Of a stretch of 64,000 nucleotides of DNA, positions 50,686 to 63,395 are shown piece after piece. A model generated the notes under the pieces. It was not told the origin of the DNA, searched no databases, and worked only from the letters and a program-made list of their open reading frames with translations. Position 1 is the first letter of the stretch, and every line of letters begins with the position of its first letter. Position numbers and translations under genes: made by a program. The stretch comes from Phoronis australis (taxonomy: Eukaryota > Animalia > Phoronida): the NCBI GenBank assembly GCA_002633005.1, contig NMRA01000117.1:477731-541730 (forward strand), written 5' to 3'.

Positions 50686-53600
50686 ATATATATTTCTGAG
50701 ATATGATGTTTGTTGTAATCACCTCAGTGTCTTGTACGTTATTCGGGTACCATGGGGCTACACCATACTTACTCGGCCACTTTTTGTTATGTTAATGCCT
50801 CATTTTGTTCATCAACATTAACCTCTACTGATCTTGGAGTTCAATGAACTATCGATTGCATTAGTCACCTGTTCAAACAAATGTTCATGTAAGCTAGATT
50901 TATTAACACCCTGTGTCTGAAAGTCCTCAGGTTCAGTAGTAGCACTGCTGATACAGGTCAATAGGGCAAGTTGTGGGACGACATTACAGGAAGGGTCAAG
51001 AGGCTTAACAATTTTTTTGGTGTTTTTTTGGAAAGCGAGTGCAGAAATACTGTGTGACAAATTAACCAATGCCATTTGAAAGGGGTAAGCCTTTGTCTAC
51101 AGAATTTGATCAACTTCTTTGTTTTGTGATTTACAATAATGGCAGGTGTTTTGAAAATGTTGACATCATTTGAAACTTGGCTCATTTCAGGGTGGCACCT
51201 TGTACTTTGTTTATAAATTTGTGTGCAATTCCCAGCTATGGTCAAGGGGCCAGAATCTACAGGCATGTTGTGTGGAGTAGAGTGGGATAAATTCATGTAT
51301 CCTGGACTATAAGTTTGGCTTCAGAAATATGATAAACTTAACCAAAATAGATTCATTAGGTTTTGTTTCTTTGGTATACGTTGAATAGTTTTGATAAATA
51401 ACTTTTTCTACACCGGTGGGTAACTGACCTGCGAGTTTTATGGGGGACAAAGAAGCACCGAAATGCTTAAGAATGAACATGTACTTGGCTCTTAATTTAG
51501 AAACTGCTGTCATTTGCAGAAACCACCTGGGACTGAGGTTTTAGTAATGTGTATACTTGTATAGTGTTGATGTATAGATAGCAACGGAATGGTTGTCCAT
51601 AGTTCCCATATTCGTGTCGCCTTGTTTAGCCCAAAAATAACGTCACTAGGACTTTACATCTGTAATATGTGGTATGGATAAAACTTATTCAAAATGTTAT
51701 CTATATTGTTAAAACTAACTTATCAATCACGTCTGTGAAGAGTAAGTTGATAAGTCCAGAATAGGCATGATGAAGAAATGACGAATCAGATATTAGATTC
51801 AGAGGAGCTGTGAAAATGCTAGCAATTTCATTGGCTGAAATAATAGTAAAAACGGTAGCCAGATAAGCTATCGGCGAGGGGTCATTTTCACCTGCTGTTA
51901 GTTTGTTTTCTCACTACCCGAATCACTTTTCGCTCACTTTTTGTCTCTGTGATGATAAAACAAAGGCCTCTTATCAATGTGCCTTTGTATCCTTTGAAGC
52001 AGTCCAGTTACAAAAGTGCTAACGAAAACACCAGTTGTTTTAGGTAACTCATACTTCCAGCCAAGTACCATTAAGAGTGACCCTGGCGACTGTTCACATT
52101 AATGGGGTTTGTGGTGCTAGCGAAAAAATGCCATGTGAACCAGGTAAGAGAACCTGAATTTACGAGGTCACAGTTCACAAAGCGTATGTCCGTGTTTTTG
52201 CTTGTGAAGAGCTGTCTTTTGTAGGAAAAAACAACATGTTCAAAGTGCCCTATTGCCAATAATTAGCAAACTTCAGGGACCAAGTTGGTGTCATTCTGTA
52301 GGTTAAGACTTCAACTTTATGTTACGAAATGGCTAAATTGTTGAAAACTTGATCAGTTTGCTTTTGATTCACATTTGAAAATCCATTAAAATATCTGAAA
52401 ATAGTTGTTCCTTCCTGGTAATGTCTTCCTACTGGTAGAGATGTGTACAGTTTCAACATATGCACTATTTGTAGGTATTGTATGCAAGGTAAATAATCAA
52501 GTTTTCCAATAGAGCAATTAAGTTACGGATAGCACATGCAAGTTAAAGTCATGTGGCTTGGCTATCCTTCCGCCTAATATACGTACATTGAGGATTCAGA
52601 TTTCAACTTTGAAGGGTGTCTAATAAAGATTTTCTCTCTTTTGTGGACAACGGTATAGTAATTACATTAAAATCTGCCCTTACATTTGGCAGTGGAACTG
52701 AATCACTTCTACACAAGTCTTTGAGGAATGTGGCTAGCAGGTCTCCAAAGTTGGTATGAATAAACCATCAAACAGATGATAGTGGTATGAATGTTCATTG
52801 CTGAAACCATGAAATAATGATTGTTACCAATCAGTGACCTAATTTTACTTTAGAGCAAAGCTTTCGAGCCCATCTTGGGCTCTTTGTCATTGGGGGTCGC
52901 CTGGTGGTTGTCCAACTCCACCTGATGACTGTCACTTGAGAGGAGGTATTGGGAACCCTACAACCATGGGGGAACACCAAATAGATGCAACACAGTTGAG
53001 GTATTAGCTAGGCAGGGTCAGTACGAGTTTCCAGCCATTTACCAACGACTCCTCTCACATGGCAGCCACCAGGCACCATCCATAAGTGACCACGTGATCC
53101 AGAGGTCACTGTGCCCTGGCGTAGAGCACAAAAGTGAGTTCGAAAGCTAGGCTCTTGAGTAAAACCAGGCCACTGATAGATAATAATAAGTTTAATCAAA
53201 CAGTAAGATCATCGTTTTCGCTTTAGTCTCGAAAGTGACATTATCTGAGGTATGCTGTACATATAGACTAGATCTACAGGTCAAACAGGCACAGGTTTGG
53301 ATTATATACTTGGTATGAGGAAAAAGTGGATAAATAAGGCCAATTTTAAAATATTGTTTGCTTCCATTTGTCCATCTTCACTGCTCTTAGATGGCTTAGT
53401 TCATCTGCAACACCTCGGGTATTTTTGTAATCTCAAATTATTGAATGGAGATGTTTCATACCTCCACATGTCACAAGCAGCAGTCCTATGCAGCATAATT
53501 CTCAGTTAAAATGAACCACCTAGGGATAATTTGAGGTGAAAAAAGTACCTGAGCTATTTCAATGTGTTAGGTTGGTAGGTAGAATATTTTAGTCCCTCAC

Positions 53601-54519
53601 ATATTGCGGTCCATCACGTGAGGGGAAGCAGACATAATTTTAATTCACAACTAATAAGAATTGGTGCTTTGCTGATAAATAGCATCTAGTTGAGGAAAAA
53701 GAAAATTAGATGTTCAGTATTGTGCATTGACTACCTCATCTAACCTGATGTTAAGTTGTAGCCAGTTGTTTACCATTGTTAAGGAGCCATGTTTCTCAGT
53801 GATGTTGATTGATCTTGAAGAAATATACATTTATGCTGGGTTTAATTCTTTGTTTGAGTTTTTAAAAACAAATTGACTAGTCAATCAGGCTGCTGTACAG
53901 TTTGTTCAATTTTACATATTATAGCTCTTCAGTTCCACACTTAAAACATGGATTGGACAAAAAACTTCAGGAAAACTATGTAATACAGAATGCAGTGCAG
54001 AACGTCTACATTGGTTCACTACAAACATATAGCTACTAGGAGAGTTCATTATCTTTATGACTTGCATTAGGGGACTCGGAATGCAATCATCTCCATACTG
54101 CATACACATTTTCATGGAATATCGTTCAATACGTTAAGCAGATAGAGAAGCAGACAATAAAATGTAGGCCAAACTTGCCACTAAGAGGTACAGTACAAGG
54201 TTAATCGACACAAAAATAGGAAGGGTGGTTTTTGACTCCTTAAAAGAAACACATGTGCGAAATTTCATGAATTACCATTGAATAACTTCGAAGACAAAAG
54301 AGGCACTCTAAAAAAGTGCCACAAGGCAGCACAGCAGTTGTTGGATCTGTGTCAAACTTCACATCACCTGTCGCACTCTCATTAGAAAAGTTCTGACCAG
54401 TTTTCATCTTTGAATTCATTATGCAGATGGCGAAGCAGACGCCAAAAATAAAAATGATGGGGGGTTGCAGCAGTTTTTAACTCTGTCGGAATATTTATGA
54501 GTAGCATCGTCTCCTTGAT

Positions 54520-54690
54520 AAGAACACTAAAATTTTAGAAAAAATACAAAGTGATTTTGAGGTAAAAGGAAAAACAAAATTGTCAATAGGTGGCACTGCA
54601 GTAGCCAGATTCATACCAAAGTCGTAAGCTTCATAGGAACACACCTGCCATATTTTATGAAAATCCCGCAAGAGGTTTAGGAAACACAGC
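54520..54690 (-). mobile_element. Diverged fragment of the HINE internal repeat unit
   Basis: Reverse complement GCTGTGTTTCCTAAACC..GGATTTTCATAAAAT..GACTTT..CTACTGCAGTGCCACCTATTGACAATTTT resembles the HINE subunit. Confidence 0.45.
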
Positions 54691-55986
54691 AGTGAACACC
54701 ATACAAACATGATGGCAATGTGCAGTGAACACCATACAAACATGATGGCAATGTGCAGTGAACACCATACAAACACGATGGCAATGTGCAGTGAACACCA
54801 TACAAACATGATGGCAATGTGCAGTGAACACCATACAAACATGATGGCAATGTGCAGTGAACACCATACAAACATGATGGCAATGTGCAGTGAACACCAT
54901 ACAAACATGATGGCAATGTGCAGTGAACACCATACAAACATGATGGCAATGTGCAGTGAACACCATACAAACATGATGGCAATGTGCAGTGAACACCATA
55001 CAAACATGATGGCAATGTGCAGTGAACACCATACAAACATGATGGCAATGTGCAGTGAACACCATACAAACATGATGGCAATGTGCAGTGAACACCATAC
55101 AAACATGATGGCAATGTGCAGTGAACACCATACAAACATGATGGCAATGTGCAGTGAACACCATACAAACATGATGGCAATGTGCAGTGAACACCATACA
55201 AACATGATGGCAATGTGCAGTGAACACCATACAAACATGATGGCAATGTGCAGTGAACACCATACAAACATGATGGCAATGTGCAGTGAACACCATACAA
55301 ACATGATGGCAATGTGCAGTGAACACCATACAAACATGATGGCAATGTGCAGTGAACACCATACAAACATGATGGCAATGTGCAGTGAACACCATACAAA
55401 CATGATGGCAATGTGCAGTGAACACCATACAAACATGATGGCAATGTGCAGTGAACACCATACAAACATGATGGCAATGTGCAGTGAACACCATACAAAC
55501 ATGATGGCAATGTGCAGTGAACACCATACAAACATGATGGCAATGTGCAGTGAACACCATACAAACATGATGGCAATGTGCAGTGAACACCATACAAACA
55601 TGATGGCAATGTGCAGTGAACACCATACAAACATGATGGCAATGTGCAGTGAACACCATACAAACATGATGGCAATGTGCAGTGAACACCATACAAACAT
55701 GATGGCAATGTGCAGTGAACACCATACAAACATGATGGCAATGTGCAGTGAACACCATACAAACATGATGGCAATGTGCAGTGAACACCATACAAACATG
55801 ATGGCAATGTGCAGTGAACACCATACAAACATGATGGCAATGTGCAGTGAACACCATACAAACATGATGGCAATGTGCAGTGAACACCATACAAACATGA
55901 TGGCAATGTGCAGTGAACACCATACAAACATGATGGCAATGTGCAGTGAACACCATACAAACATGATGGCAATGTGCAGTGAACAC
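54689..55986. repeat. 33-bp minisatellite, ~39 near-perfect copies
   Basis: GCAGTGAACACCATACAAACATGATGGCAATGT repeated, ending at the N at 55987. Confidence 0.98.
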
Positions 55987-55987
55987 N

Positions 55988-56089
55988 CACTTAAACTGAG
56001 GATAACGATGGCCAGCTACTACCATGCACTTAAACTGAGGTTAACGATGGCCAGCTACTACCATGCACTTAAACGGAGGTTAACGATGG
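55988..56089. repeat. 39-bp tandem repeat, ~2.6 copies visible
   Basis: CACTTAAACTGAGG(A/T)TAACGATGGCCAGCTACTACCATG; starts at the N, so it may be longer. Confidence 0.85.
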
Positions 56090-56206
56090 TTGTGTGAGGT
56101 CGAACCAGTTTGGCTAGACTGAGTAGGTGAGGCCTTGAAAAGCATTTATTAACAGTGTTCAAATGAAAACAAACGACTAGTTTCTCATGGGTCCAATTAC
56201 AGTTAT

Positions 56207-56584
56207 TTATAGCCAAACACTTTCTATACATGATGTTACACACTTCATAGAATCACTACTTTTTGAATCATTGATTACGGTAGCTAAAAGACTACTAACC
56301 TCCTGAGGCCAAAATCTTACGCTTTGTAAAAGGTCTGTTAATGGCTTGGAGTAACCAGATAGTACACTGTCGATAGAAACACTGACATTAATTATAAATC
56401 CCTTATCGACATCTAGTTCTATGTAGACCTCAGATAGCTTTCCATCAAAATATTTAGAGAGACTTCTTGAAACAGAAAACTTAGGTGTTTTTCCATAGAT
56501 CCATTGCCAACTTTTGAGTTCACTGTAAAATTTATCAATTCCTGGAAAGAGGGCGCTGTTGCTTGGATCCACTACAATGCAATC
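56207..56584 (-). CDS. LIPT1: Lipoyltransferase 1, coding exon 4 (last)
   Basis: Acceptor TTGCAG|GAT. Encodes DCIVVDP..FPGIDK..ELKSWQWIYGKTPKFSV (conserved lipoate-ligase motif) through the stop at 56207. AATAAA on the minus strand at 56145-56150. Confidence 0.93.
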   Translation of the reverse strand, partial: DCIVVDPSNSALFPGIDKFYSELKSWQWIYGKTPKFSVSRSLSKYFDGKLSEVYIELDVDKGFIINVSVSIDSVLSGYSKPLTDLLQSVRFWPQEVSSLLATVINDSKSSDSMKCVTSCIESVWL

Positions 56585-56976
56585 CTGCAATTTATTAAAA
56601 GTAGAACATAAGTTACATAAAATGGATATCACAAGATTCAAATGTTGATAAAAAACATGGATGCTTATCAGTAATGTAAACCAGTAGTTTCCTCATTAAA
56701 TACAGATTTGACTAAACAATTTTTGTACAGAATATCAATTTTGACAAAAGATAAGAATAAGGTTACATTGTTTTTGGAAAACGCGCTTCTCAAAAAGTCT
56801 TTGAATCCAGGTGCTTTAGAGATACATTCTCATTTGCTTCAAATCTACTGATGAGATATATTTTTAGAAATTTTCAGTATCTAAAGTTGAAGAATTTTTA
56901 GTTATTTTGAAATTCTGTATCAACAGTGCCAGGACAAAAAGGCTGTGTGTTGTAAAGTACAAGCAGGTGTACATAG

Positions 56977-57186
56977 AACATGCCCTACAGCAGGATAACC
57001 ACCTAGGACATGCCCTACAGCAGGATATCCACCTAGGACATGCCCTACAGCAGGATAACCACCTAGGACATGCCCTACAGCAGGATAACCACCTAGGACA
57101 TGCCCTACAGCAGGATAACCACCTAGGACATGCCCTACAGCAGGATAACCACATAGGACATGCCCAACAGCAGGATAACCACCTAC
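56977..57186. repeat. 30-bp intronic minisatellite, ~7 copies
   Basis: ACATGCCCTACAGCAGGATAACCACCTAGG repeated, about 25 nt from the LIPT1 exon 3 donor. Confidence 0.95.
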
Positions 57187-57211
57187 ATTAAAACAATTTT
57201 GTGCATCTTAC

Positions 57212-57349
57212 TGAGTCCAAGTTTCCTCGCTTCAAATAAGTATCAGAAATACTTTCAATCAAGCCATTTATTTCCATGTGAGGATGACCTTCTTGGAGAT
57301 TCTTAACTTTAGATCGAACACTGTCTGTTGCATTGGATTTCAGTCCTTC
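57212..57349 (-). CDS. LIPT1: Lipoyltransferase 1, coding exon 3
   Basis: Acceptor TCTTTTAG|, 138 nt, phase 0/0. Encodes EGLKSNATDSVRSKVKNL.. (conserved SNAT.SV...VKNL). Donor TCA|GTAAGA. Confidence 0.9.
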
Positions 57350-57794
57350 CTAAAAGACAAACAAACATGTAGTAACCATTGACTTGGAGCTTGAATAAAA
57401 TTGCTGGTTAGTAATATAAGTCTGAGATCAACCAAGACAGAATGGTGCGTCTGCGTGTCACAACATATCAGTGCACTCAATTGCACATTAAAATAAAGAC
57501 GCCTGTCACATATCTAGCAAGGTTATGCAAGTTCAGAGTAGAACTTCAGAAATTATTAAACAAAATAGCCTTATTATTCAGCTTGAATAGCATGTTGATT
57601 TTAGTGAAACTGGTGGTTATAGCAACTGACGTCTAGTGACACACGAGCAGAAACAATCACTGAGACACTGAGAACAGTTGAGTTTATGTTTCAGCAGGTA
57701 TATCCTAACAAAACAGACAGGCTTTATATTCAACCATGGAACCTGCTTCTTAATAGCAACTTCAAGCGGCTGACAAAAATGAAAATAACTTTAC

Positions 57795-57899
57795 CATAGA
57801 TGGAGAGAGGTAAGCTGACAGTTTCTCTGTGTTCATGTTGACCAGTAATGTAAAGTGATGATAGGCCACCTTAGTTAACCTAGCTGCAGTTCCTGATAC
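57795..57899 (-). CDS. LIPT1: Lipoyltransferase 1, coding exon 2
   Basis: Acceptor TTTTCCAG|, 105 nt. Encodes VSGTAARLTKVAYHHFTLL.., completing the K-V-S-G-T-A and YHH.TLL motifs. Donor ATG|GTAAAG. Confidence 0.93.
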
Positions 57900-58219
57900 C
57901 TGGAAAATTTTTAAGCAAAAAGAGATCAGATAAACTTGACATCCTACTTCAAATGCCATTAAATTACACACTTCAATCAAATGACTGAACTAAACCAAAC
58001 CAGGAATGGCATCTTGGCATTGACAAAACCGACAAGTGTTTTGGCCAATTCAAAAAAGTATACTGTCTAGTAGAGCTGTTAAGGTTCATAGGAAATTTTC
58101 CACTGTTTCATCATAGACTTTTGCTCAAGAGGTGAGGCCATCCTGAAAAAATCCTGAAACTGCAATGTACAACCAACAAAACCAACTTAGAAGAATGCAA
58201 CTAAACATACACATGATAC

Positions 58220-58777
58220 CTTGTATTGATTATCCAGAATAATATCATCTCTATCATTAACGTCAACGTGCACTCCATACTTAGACTTCAACACACTAGC
58301 AACAAAGTTCAGATTCTTGCTCCTGTTGTAGTTGGCTTTACTTGTGAAAAATGACAAGTTCAAGTTGCCTCTATCATGATACACACAGCCTCCTCCAGAC
58401 CGCCTTCTGGCAATGGGAACATTGTCTTTCAGCAAGAGCGGTATGTTGCACTCAGTCCATGGGTTTTGATGTCGTCCTATCACCACACAGTCTGTATTTC
58501 TCCACAAAAGGAGAATGTTCATCTGTTCTAAGTCAACATGCTTTTCAATCCAGTCTTCAAGAGCAAGGTTTAAATAGATATTGTCACTTGAAGAAATATA
58601 CACATGGTATTCCGAGTCGGCTGACCTTGTAGAAGTCTTTATTCCAATTTTAGCCACGTGGCTCGTTGCTATATATCGCCATGTGGAATGCGCTGTCAGT
58701 GAATCAACATGTAGGAGATGGGGCACAAGTGTCCGGCATTGGTAACCTATTCGTGTTAGCTTTATCAATGATTTCAT
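58220..58777 (-). CDS. LIPT1: Lipoyltransferase 1 (mitochondrial), coding exon 1; protein ~392 aa
   Basis: Basic N-terminal presequence, NLALEDW, VVIGRHQNPWTECN, ARRRSGGGCVYHDRGNLNLSFF and RDDI..YK motifs. Donor AAG|GTATCA. Confidence 0.96.
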
Positions 58778-58843
58778 GTTGAGCTGCAAAAGGAACAAAG
58801 ATTGGTGACATATCTAATACAATATATCAACCAGGAGACTTAC

Positions 58844-59005
58844 CAATAGTTACATTTGACGATGATGTACAACAATCCAGTGTCGGATTATTTTGTGGGT
58901 AGTTTGACTATAATCAAGTAAACACAAGGCGAGGATGAGAAAGTGATCGTTTATTCGACTTCCGGCGATAAGAAACGGGAATGCCGCGAGCGTCACCTAG
59001 TGGTG
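58844..59005 (-). promoter_or_regulatory. LIPT1: LIPT1 5' UTR exon and candidate promoter (ETS motif, CTCF-like motif)
   Basis: 60-nt intron 58784-58843 (GTAAGT..TTTTGCAG) just upstream of the ATG. ACTTCCGG at ~58958 and GCGTCACCTAGTGG at ~58990 in a CpG-richer patch. Confidence 0.55.
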
Positions 59006-60374
59006 AACATAGATAATACAACATCCAGTGCATACCTACCAACTAGCAGAGTTACATTTGACATCGGATGTCTTTTGAAGTTACAGTGTTAAATCTGCAA
59101 TAAGCATAAAGGCCTCTGTTCATCACACACCTACAGGCAAGTGTTTTTTTGAACAATTGTGCGGTTAAGATGGTAGACATTGACGCCAGAGATTCAGGCT
59201 GAAGTCACAGCAGCACCAAGATGATTTTTTACCATAGAACTTATATTCCAGCACTGACATGTTTCAAGAATACAATGAGAGTATTTCCTAACGTAGTCTG
59301 TATATTATTCACGATATTTCGCACACCCCGAATACTGAGAACACACATTTGATGTATTTTGAGCAAGATAAGTGGAGAATTACTGTGTGAGACAACTTTG
59401 TTCATTTTATAAGCAGGTGTGCAAAATTGAGGAGTCTATCCTCTTCCTATGTTTCCTCATTTTATTAACATGGTTAGTAGTCAGTCTAGTGGTCAAGTTG
59501 TCTTAACATGATTAGTGGTCAGTCTAGTAGTCAAGTTGTCTTAACCATGTAAAATTTGTACTCTAACTATGATCTGAAGCTTGAATGCTTTTTGTATACC
59601 CTACGTTAACTAGCAACATGCACTTTTATATAACCTCAAAACAAGAATGAACTGATATCCCAAGATTCACAAGAATTTCATGCCCATGATGGCTGGACTT
59701 CGATCTAATTGCGTAAGTAATAAAGTAAGTAAAATGTTCACCAATCAAAGCCTTTACTTGGAGGAAAATTCCCTTCAAAGTCTGTTAAACAGGCAAGCAT
59801 GACCTATGCTTTTAGCTAATTACAATGCAACTATGGAGGAAGACCACCCACCAAGAACCATAATACCCAGTCTGTGACATTGTGAGCGAGTTTTTGTGTG
59901 TTTTTAGGTGATTGCTGCTTTAATCTTTCAATATTGACACCAATGATGCATTAGAAGGTTACAGAAAGAGGATTGGATGAAATCATAAAAACAGGGTTTA
60001 GACTTTTGTTAGTAACCTGTTAATGAGATATTGAGTGGCGCCCTCAACATTTTGCGACCGAATATCGGCCCCATTCCCCTCAGAAAAATACTAAAAAATC
60101 ACGCGAAATTCCCCTCGTGAGGCCCAAAATTACCCTCAAGGGATTGCAAAATTACCCTCGAGGTTTGAATCATTTGTAACTCACACAGGTGACAATTTAA
60201 AAGAGTGCAAAATGTTAGTTTTCCTTATCTGAGGCAGAGCCTATGGGCTATGAGCATGAGGACTTGCAACAGGATGAGGGTTCTATTGATGGAGACCAGG
60301 AGGTAGAATTTTCCCCTCACCACAAAAAAATACTCTCTCAGAAGGCACATTCACATTTTTTCTCGGATAAACAA

Positions 60375-60430
60375 GTGCAAGTACGCTTGCCGGTTTTATG
60401 GGGGTCGCTGGTTCGATTCCCGGGTCGGAT
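60375..60430 (+). other. B-box-containing tRNA/SINE-like remnant
   Basis: Consensus B box GGTTCGATTCC at 60410-60420 within GGTCGCTGGTTCGATTCCCGG. The A box is degenerate. Confidence 0.4.
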
Positions 60431-60933
60431 AATCTCGGCTATTACTACACCAAAAATACGCCCGGGCGGTATAGTCGGTAGGGTACGCCTATTTCCCCAA
60501 ATTCCCGGTATAACTACATTTTTCATACTTTTTCAAATCTTACCAGTTCATTGCAGCACACAACAGCCAAGAGTTCTATGATTGCAGCAAGAGTATGCAA
60601 ACACTTATAATGGGCAAAACTTGGACCAGGAAAGTGATGTTCGTGGAGGCTGCCATTATAGCATAAATAGCCAACACACTGAATTTTTGACGTAAGTTTC
60701 TGTCCAATTAAATCAAACATTAAAACTTAAAATAATAAAAATTGTATTAATTTATAATATAAAAAGTTTTTAATTAAAAAAAGTTATATATATTGTGAAA
60801 TAAATTAATACTTTTTGGCATTACAAAACATATTTTTTATGATAGTGAAAGAGCATGTGCACTTCATTTCCGTCTGTGTGTCTCCCGGTAGCTTGATTGC
60901 TCTTTTACAAACTTGTTCATTTTAGCTCTTAAA

Positions 60934-61038
60934 ATGGACTTGAAACGAAAAGCAATGGAAGGGGCTTTGGTAGCCGTGAAGAGACCTAGGACAGATGTAG
61001 TTCATTACACTCGAAAAGAAAACCAGGCCCTAATGCAG
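60934..61038 (+). CDS. SNRNP40: U5 snRNP 40-kDa WD40 protein, coding exon 1
   Basis: AAA-ATG; encodes MDLKRKAMEGALVAVKRPRTDVV..ALMQ, resembling the basic SNRNP40 N-terminus. Phase-0 donor CAG|GTGATT splices in frame to the next exon. Confidence 0.85.
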
Positions 61039-61109
61039 GTGATTACAAATTTAGTTGAGGACAGTCCTTGGGTTTCGTGCCTGGTGAAAGCCGAATGGAA
61101 TGGTACAGT

Positions 61110-61730
61110 AGGTAGTGGTATAGACGGTTCCACCGTCTCATCTGGCCACAAAAGAGACAGAAGCCTTCTCATAGGTCCTCCATACGCCAGAAGGTTTTGG
61201 TTTTGCGGCAAATTATGCCCCAACCTGATTAAATCATCAAAGTCATGTTCCTATGAGTACCGATTGCGCATGGCCATGGAGGGTACTAGTATAATACTAT
61301 ATAGGACTATAGGAGGCCATTGATGTCTTTTAACTCTTCTCAGCTCGAATAAATACTCCCGCAATCAAACTTTTTTCAACAGTCCTTCGTTTAGTTCCCC
61401 AAATCGGCAACTGGCCATTTTTACATTGCTTGCACCAGGGGTGGTGACATCTTAATATATACCAGTGTGAAAATGGCTAGTTGCCAATTTGGGCAACTCA
61501 ACGAAAGACTGTAAAAGCTTGATTACGGGAATATCTGTTCCAGTTGGAAAGAACTAAATATATCAACATTTTCCTATGAGTGCAAAGGTAATTTTAGGAA
61601 CATGACTTGGATGGATTAACGAGTGTGAGGCATAATTCCCTGAAAAGCGTCCGGCATATGGAGGGCCTATGGGATGGCCAGTGTCTCTAGCATGGCCACT
61701 TGAGATGTTGGTACTATCTAGCAGTGGTAC
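61110..61730. mobile_element. Palindromic (foldback) MITE in SNRNP40 intron 1
   Basis: Left arm (..CATAGGTCCTCCATACGCC..AAGTCATGTTCCTA..GGCAACTGGCCATTTT) pairs with the right arm (AAAATGGCTAGTTGCC..TAGGAACATGACTT..GGCATATGGAGGGCCTATG). Loop at ~61430-61462. Confidence 0.75.
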
Positions 61731-62715
61731 AGGCTTGGTGGAAAGCTGTATAACTATGCAGCTTTGGAACGGTCTGGGTAAAAAGTGAGCTAAATAAAAT
61801 CTTGGGCAAAGTTAATGTTAACACCATTCCTTGATTTGTTTAATTATTTAATTGCTTACTACTGCAAAAAGAATAGCCTAAGTCCATTCTGCAGAAGCAT
61901 TTAAGTTTGAGGAGCGATCAGACGCATCAACTTTGAGTGCCGTGAATTTGATATTGCATTATATCTCGACCAATCTCTGCTCAATCTGCTGTTCATGTTT
62001 CACAAGATTATACAGAGTTCGCAACAAATTACCAGAAGTGATTATTAGTAGTTTTGAGTATTTTACCTTCAGCAAACCAAAATTCTCAAGAAATTTTACA
62101 TTGGCAAATTTATCATCATCTCCGAGAAGATGTTACTATATACCAAACTGAATATTAAGTAGATGGTGTGCATGCATGTCACGAGCGTATCGTTTAGAAA
62201 TCTAGGTCTGACTTTTGTTACAAAAGCAGGGGAGCAATGTTAGAAAATGACGTTCATCAGATTATTTTCTTTAAACATCCGTATTGGACAAGGTTGGTGT
62301 CATTTGTAACAACTTGCACAATATTGGACGTGTTAGATGATGTACGGTAGTAAGTAAGTAAGTTGTTTATTTTACATCGATGTGACAGTTTAACAAACAA
62401 AACAATAGCACAGATGTTAGTGACAGATAGAAAATGTGAAAGAATATACAAAATGTGAAAGAATATACAAAATGCTTATCACCTTGGTTCTTATTTCGCA
62501 AAAGGTCATGATTCTTGCGTTGCTGTATCTCATAGTTTTATTTGAACCCAAAGCAAAGTAACCCTCTGGCGCTTGTGTCACCAAACTAAGCTTCTCTAAC
62601 CGGCATGTGTCCACATAGTGTTAGAATGTTTGCTTAGGATACAGATTAGGTAACTTGGGTGCATTAGTGTTTTAATGCTAACTACAGCCATAGATTATGC
62701 TAATGAATTGTTTAG

Positions 62716-62845
62716 GGCTACCAAAGAACATCAAGTCTAGAAGCCCCCATTATGCTGCTCACGGGCCATGAGGGAGACATATTCACTGCCAAATTTTCTC
62801 CTGATGGAAACTTCATAGCATCATCTGGATTTGACAGACTTATTT
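62716..62845 (+). CDS. SNRNP40: U5 snRNP 40-kDa WD40 protein, coding exon 2 (gene continues beyond the window)
   Basis: Acceptor TGTTTAG|. Encodes GYQRTSSLEAPIMLLTGHEGDIFTAKFSPDGNFIASSGFDRLI, the characteristic first WD repeat of SNRNP40. Donor T|GTAAGT. Confidence 0.93.
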
Positions 62846-63233
62846 GTAAGTATAGTGTAATTAGAAGTGAGCTACCATACAATCTGATGTCTTATACTGC
62901 TCATCACTAACAATGTATTTTCTTAAAGTCCCATACAGCACAATCTTTAATACCATTGTATTGATTCTTATTTGGTGGGGGGGGGACCTTTTGATCTTGT
63001 TCTTTGGTACAACAAGTTAGTATTCCAGTTAGATATAATTCATCCACAAAATGAAGTTCATGGATTGCTTCAGCAGGAAAATTTACGGCCATTTGAGTTT
63101 GAAGTTTGTGACTCACGGTAATTCCTAGAACGACTGTGAGATTTTAAATTTTCTTCCACTTTGTCTGTCACATTATCACAACATATATGCCATTTGAAAA
63201 CCGCTGTTGACTGTGGGTCATATCATTCTGATT

Positions 63234-63395
63234 CAGGGCCCGGTCTCCAATCTCCGTACTCAGACTCATACTCATACTCGAGATTTCATACTCAAAATCG
63301 TGCTCACTGGAGTCGTACTCAAAAAAGCGTATCTAATGTCGTATTTCGAGTAGACTCCAAACGTACTCAAATCTGACACTCATACTCGAGTTGCT
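63234..63395. repeat. CAGGG-initiated segment with repeated TACTC/GACTC motifs (probable transposon end)
   Basis: CAGGGCCCGG.. followed by many ACTCATACTCGAG-type motifs. The partner end was not found in the window. Confidence 0.35.

Noticed and set aside
54495-56097. 430-490-aa Cys/His/Met-rich repeat proteins
   Set aside because: The 33-bp unit is a multiple of 3 and is open in several frames on both strands; there is no synonymous variation, signal peptide or splice context.
56864-57191. Cys-rich WLSCCRACPR repeat ORF
   Set aside because: Translation of a 30-bp minisatellite inside a LIPT1 intron.
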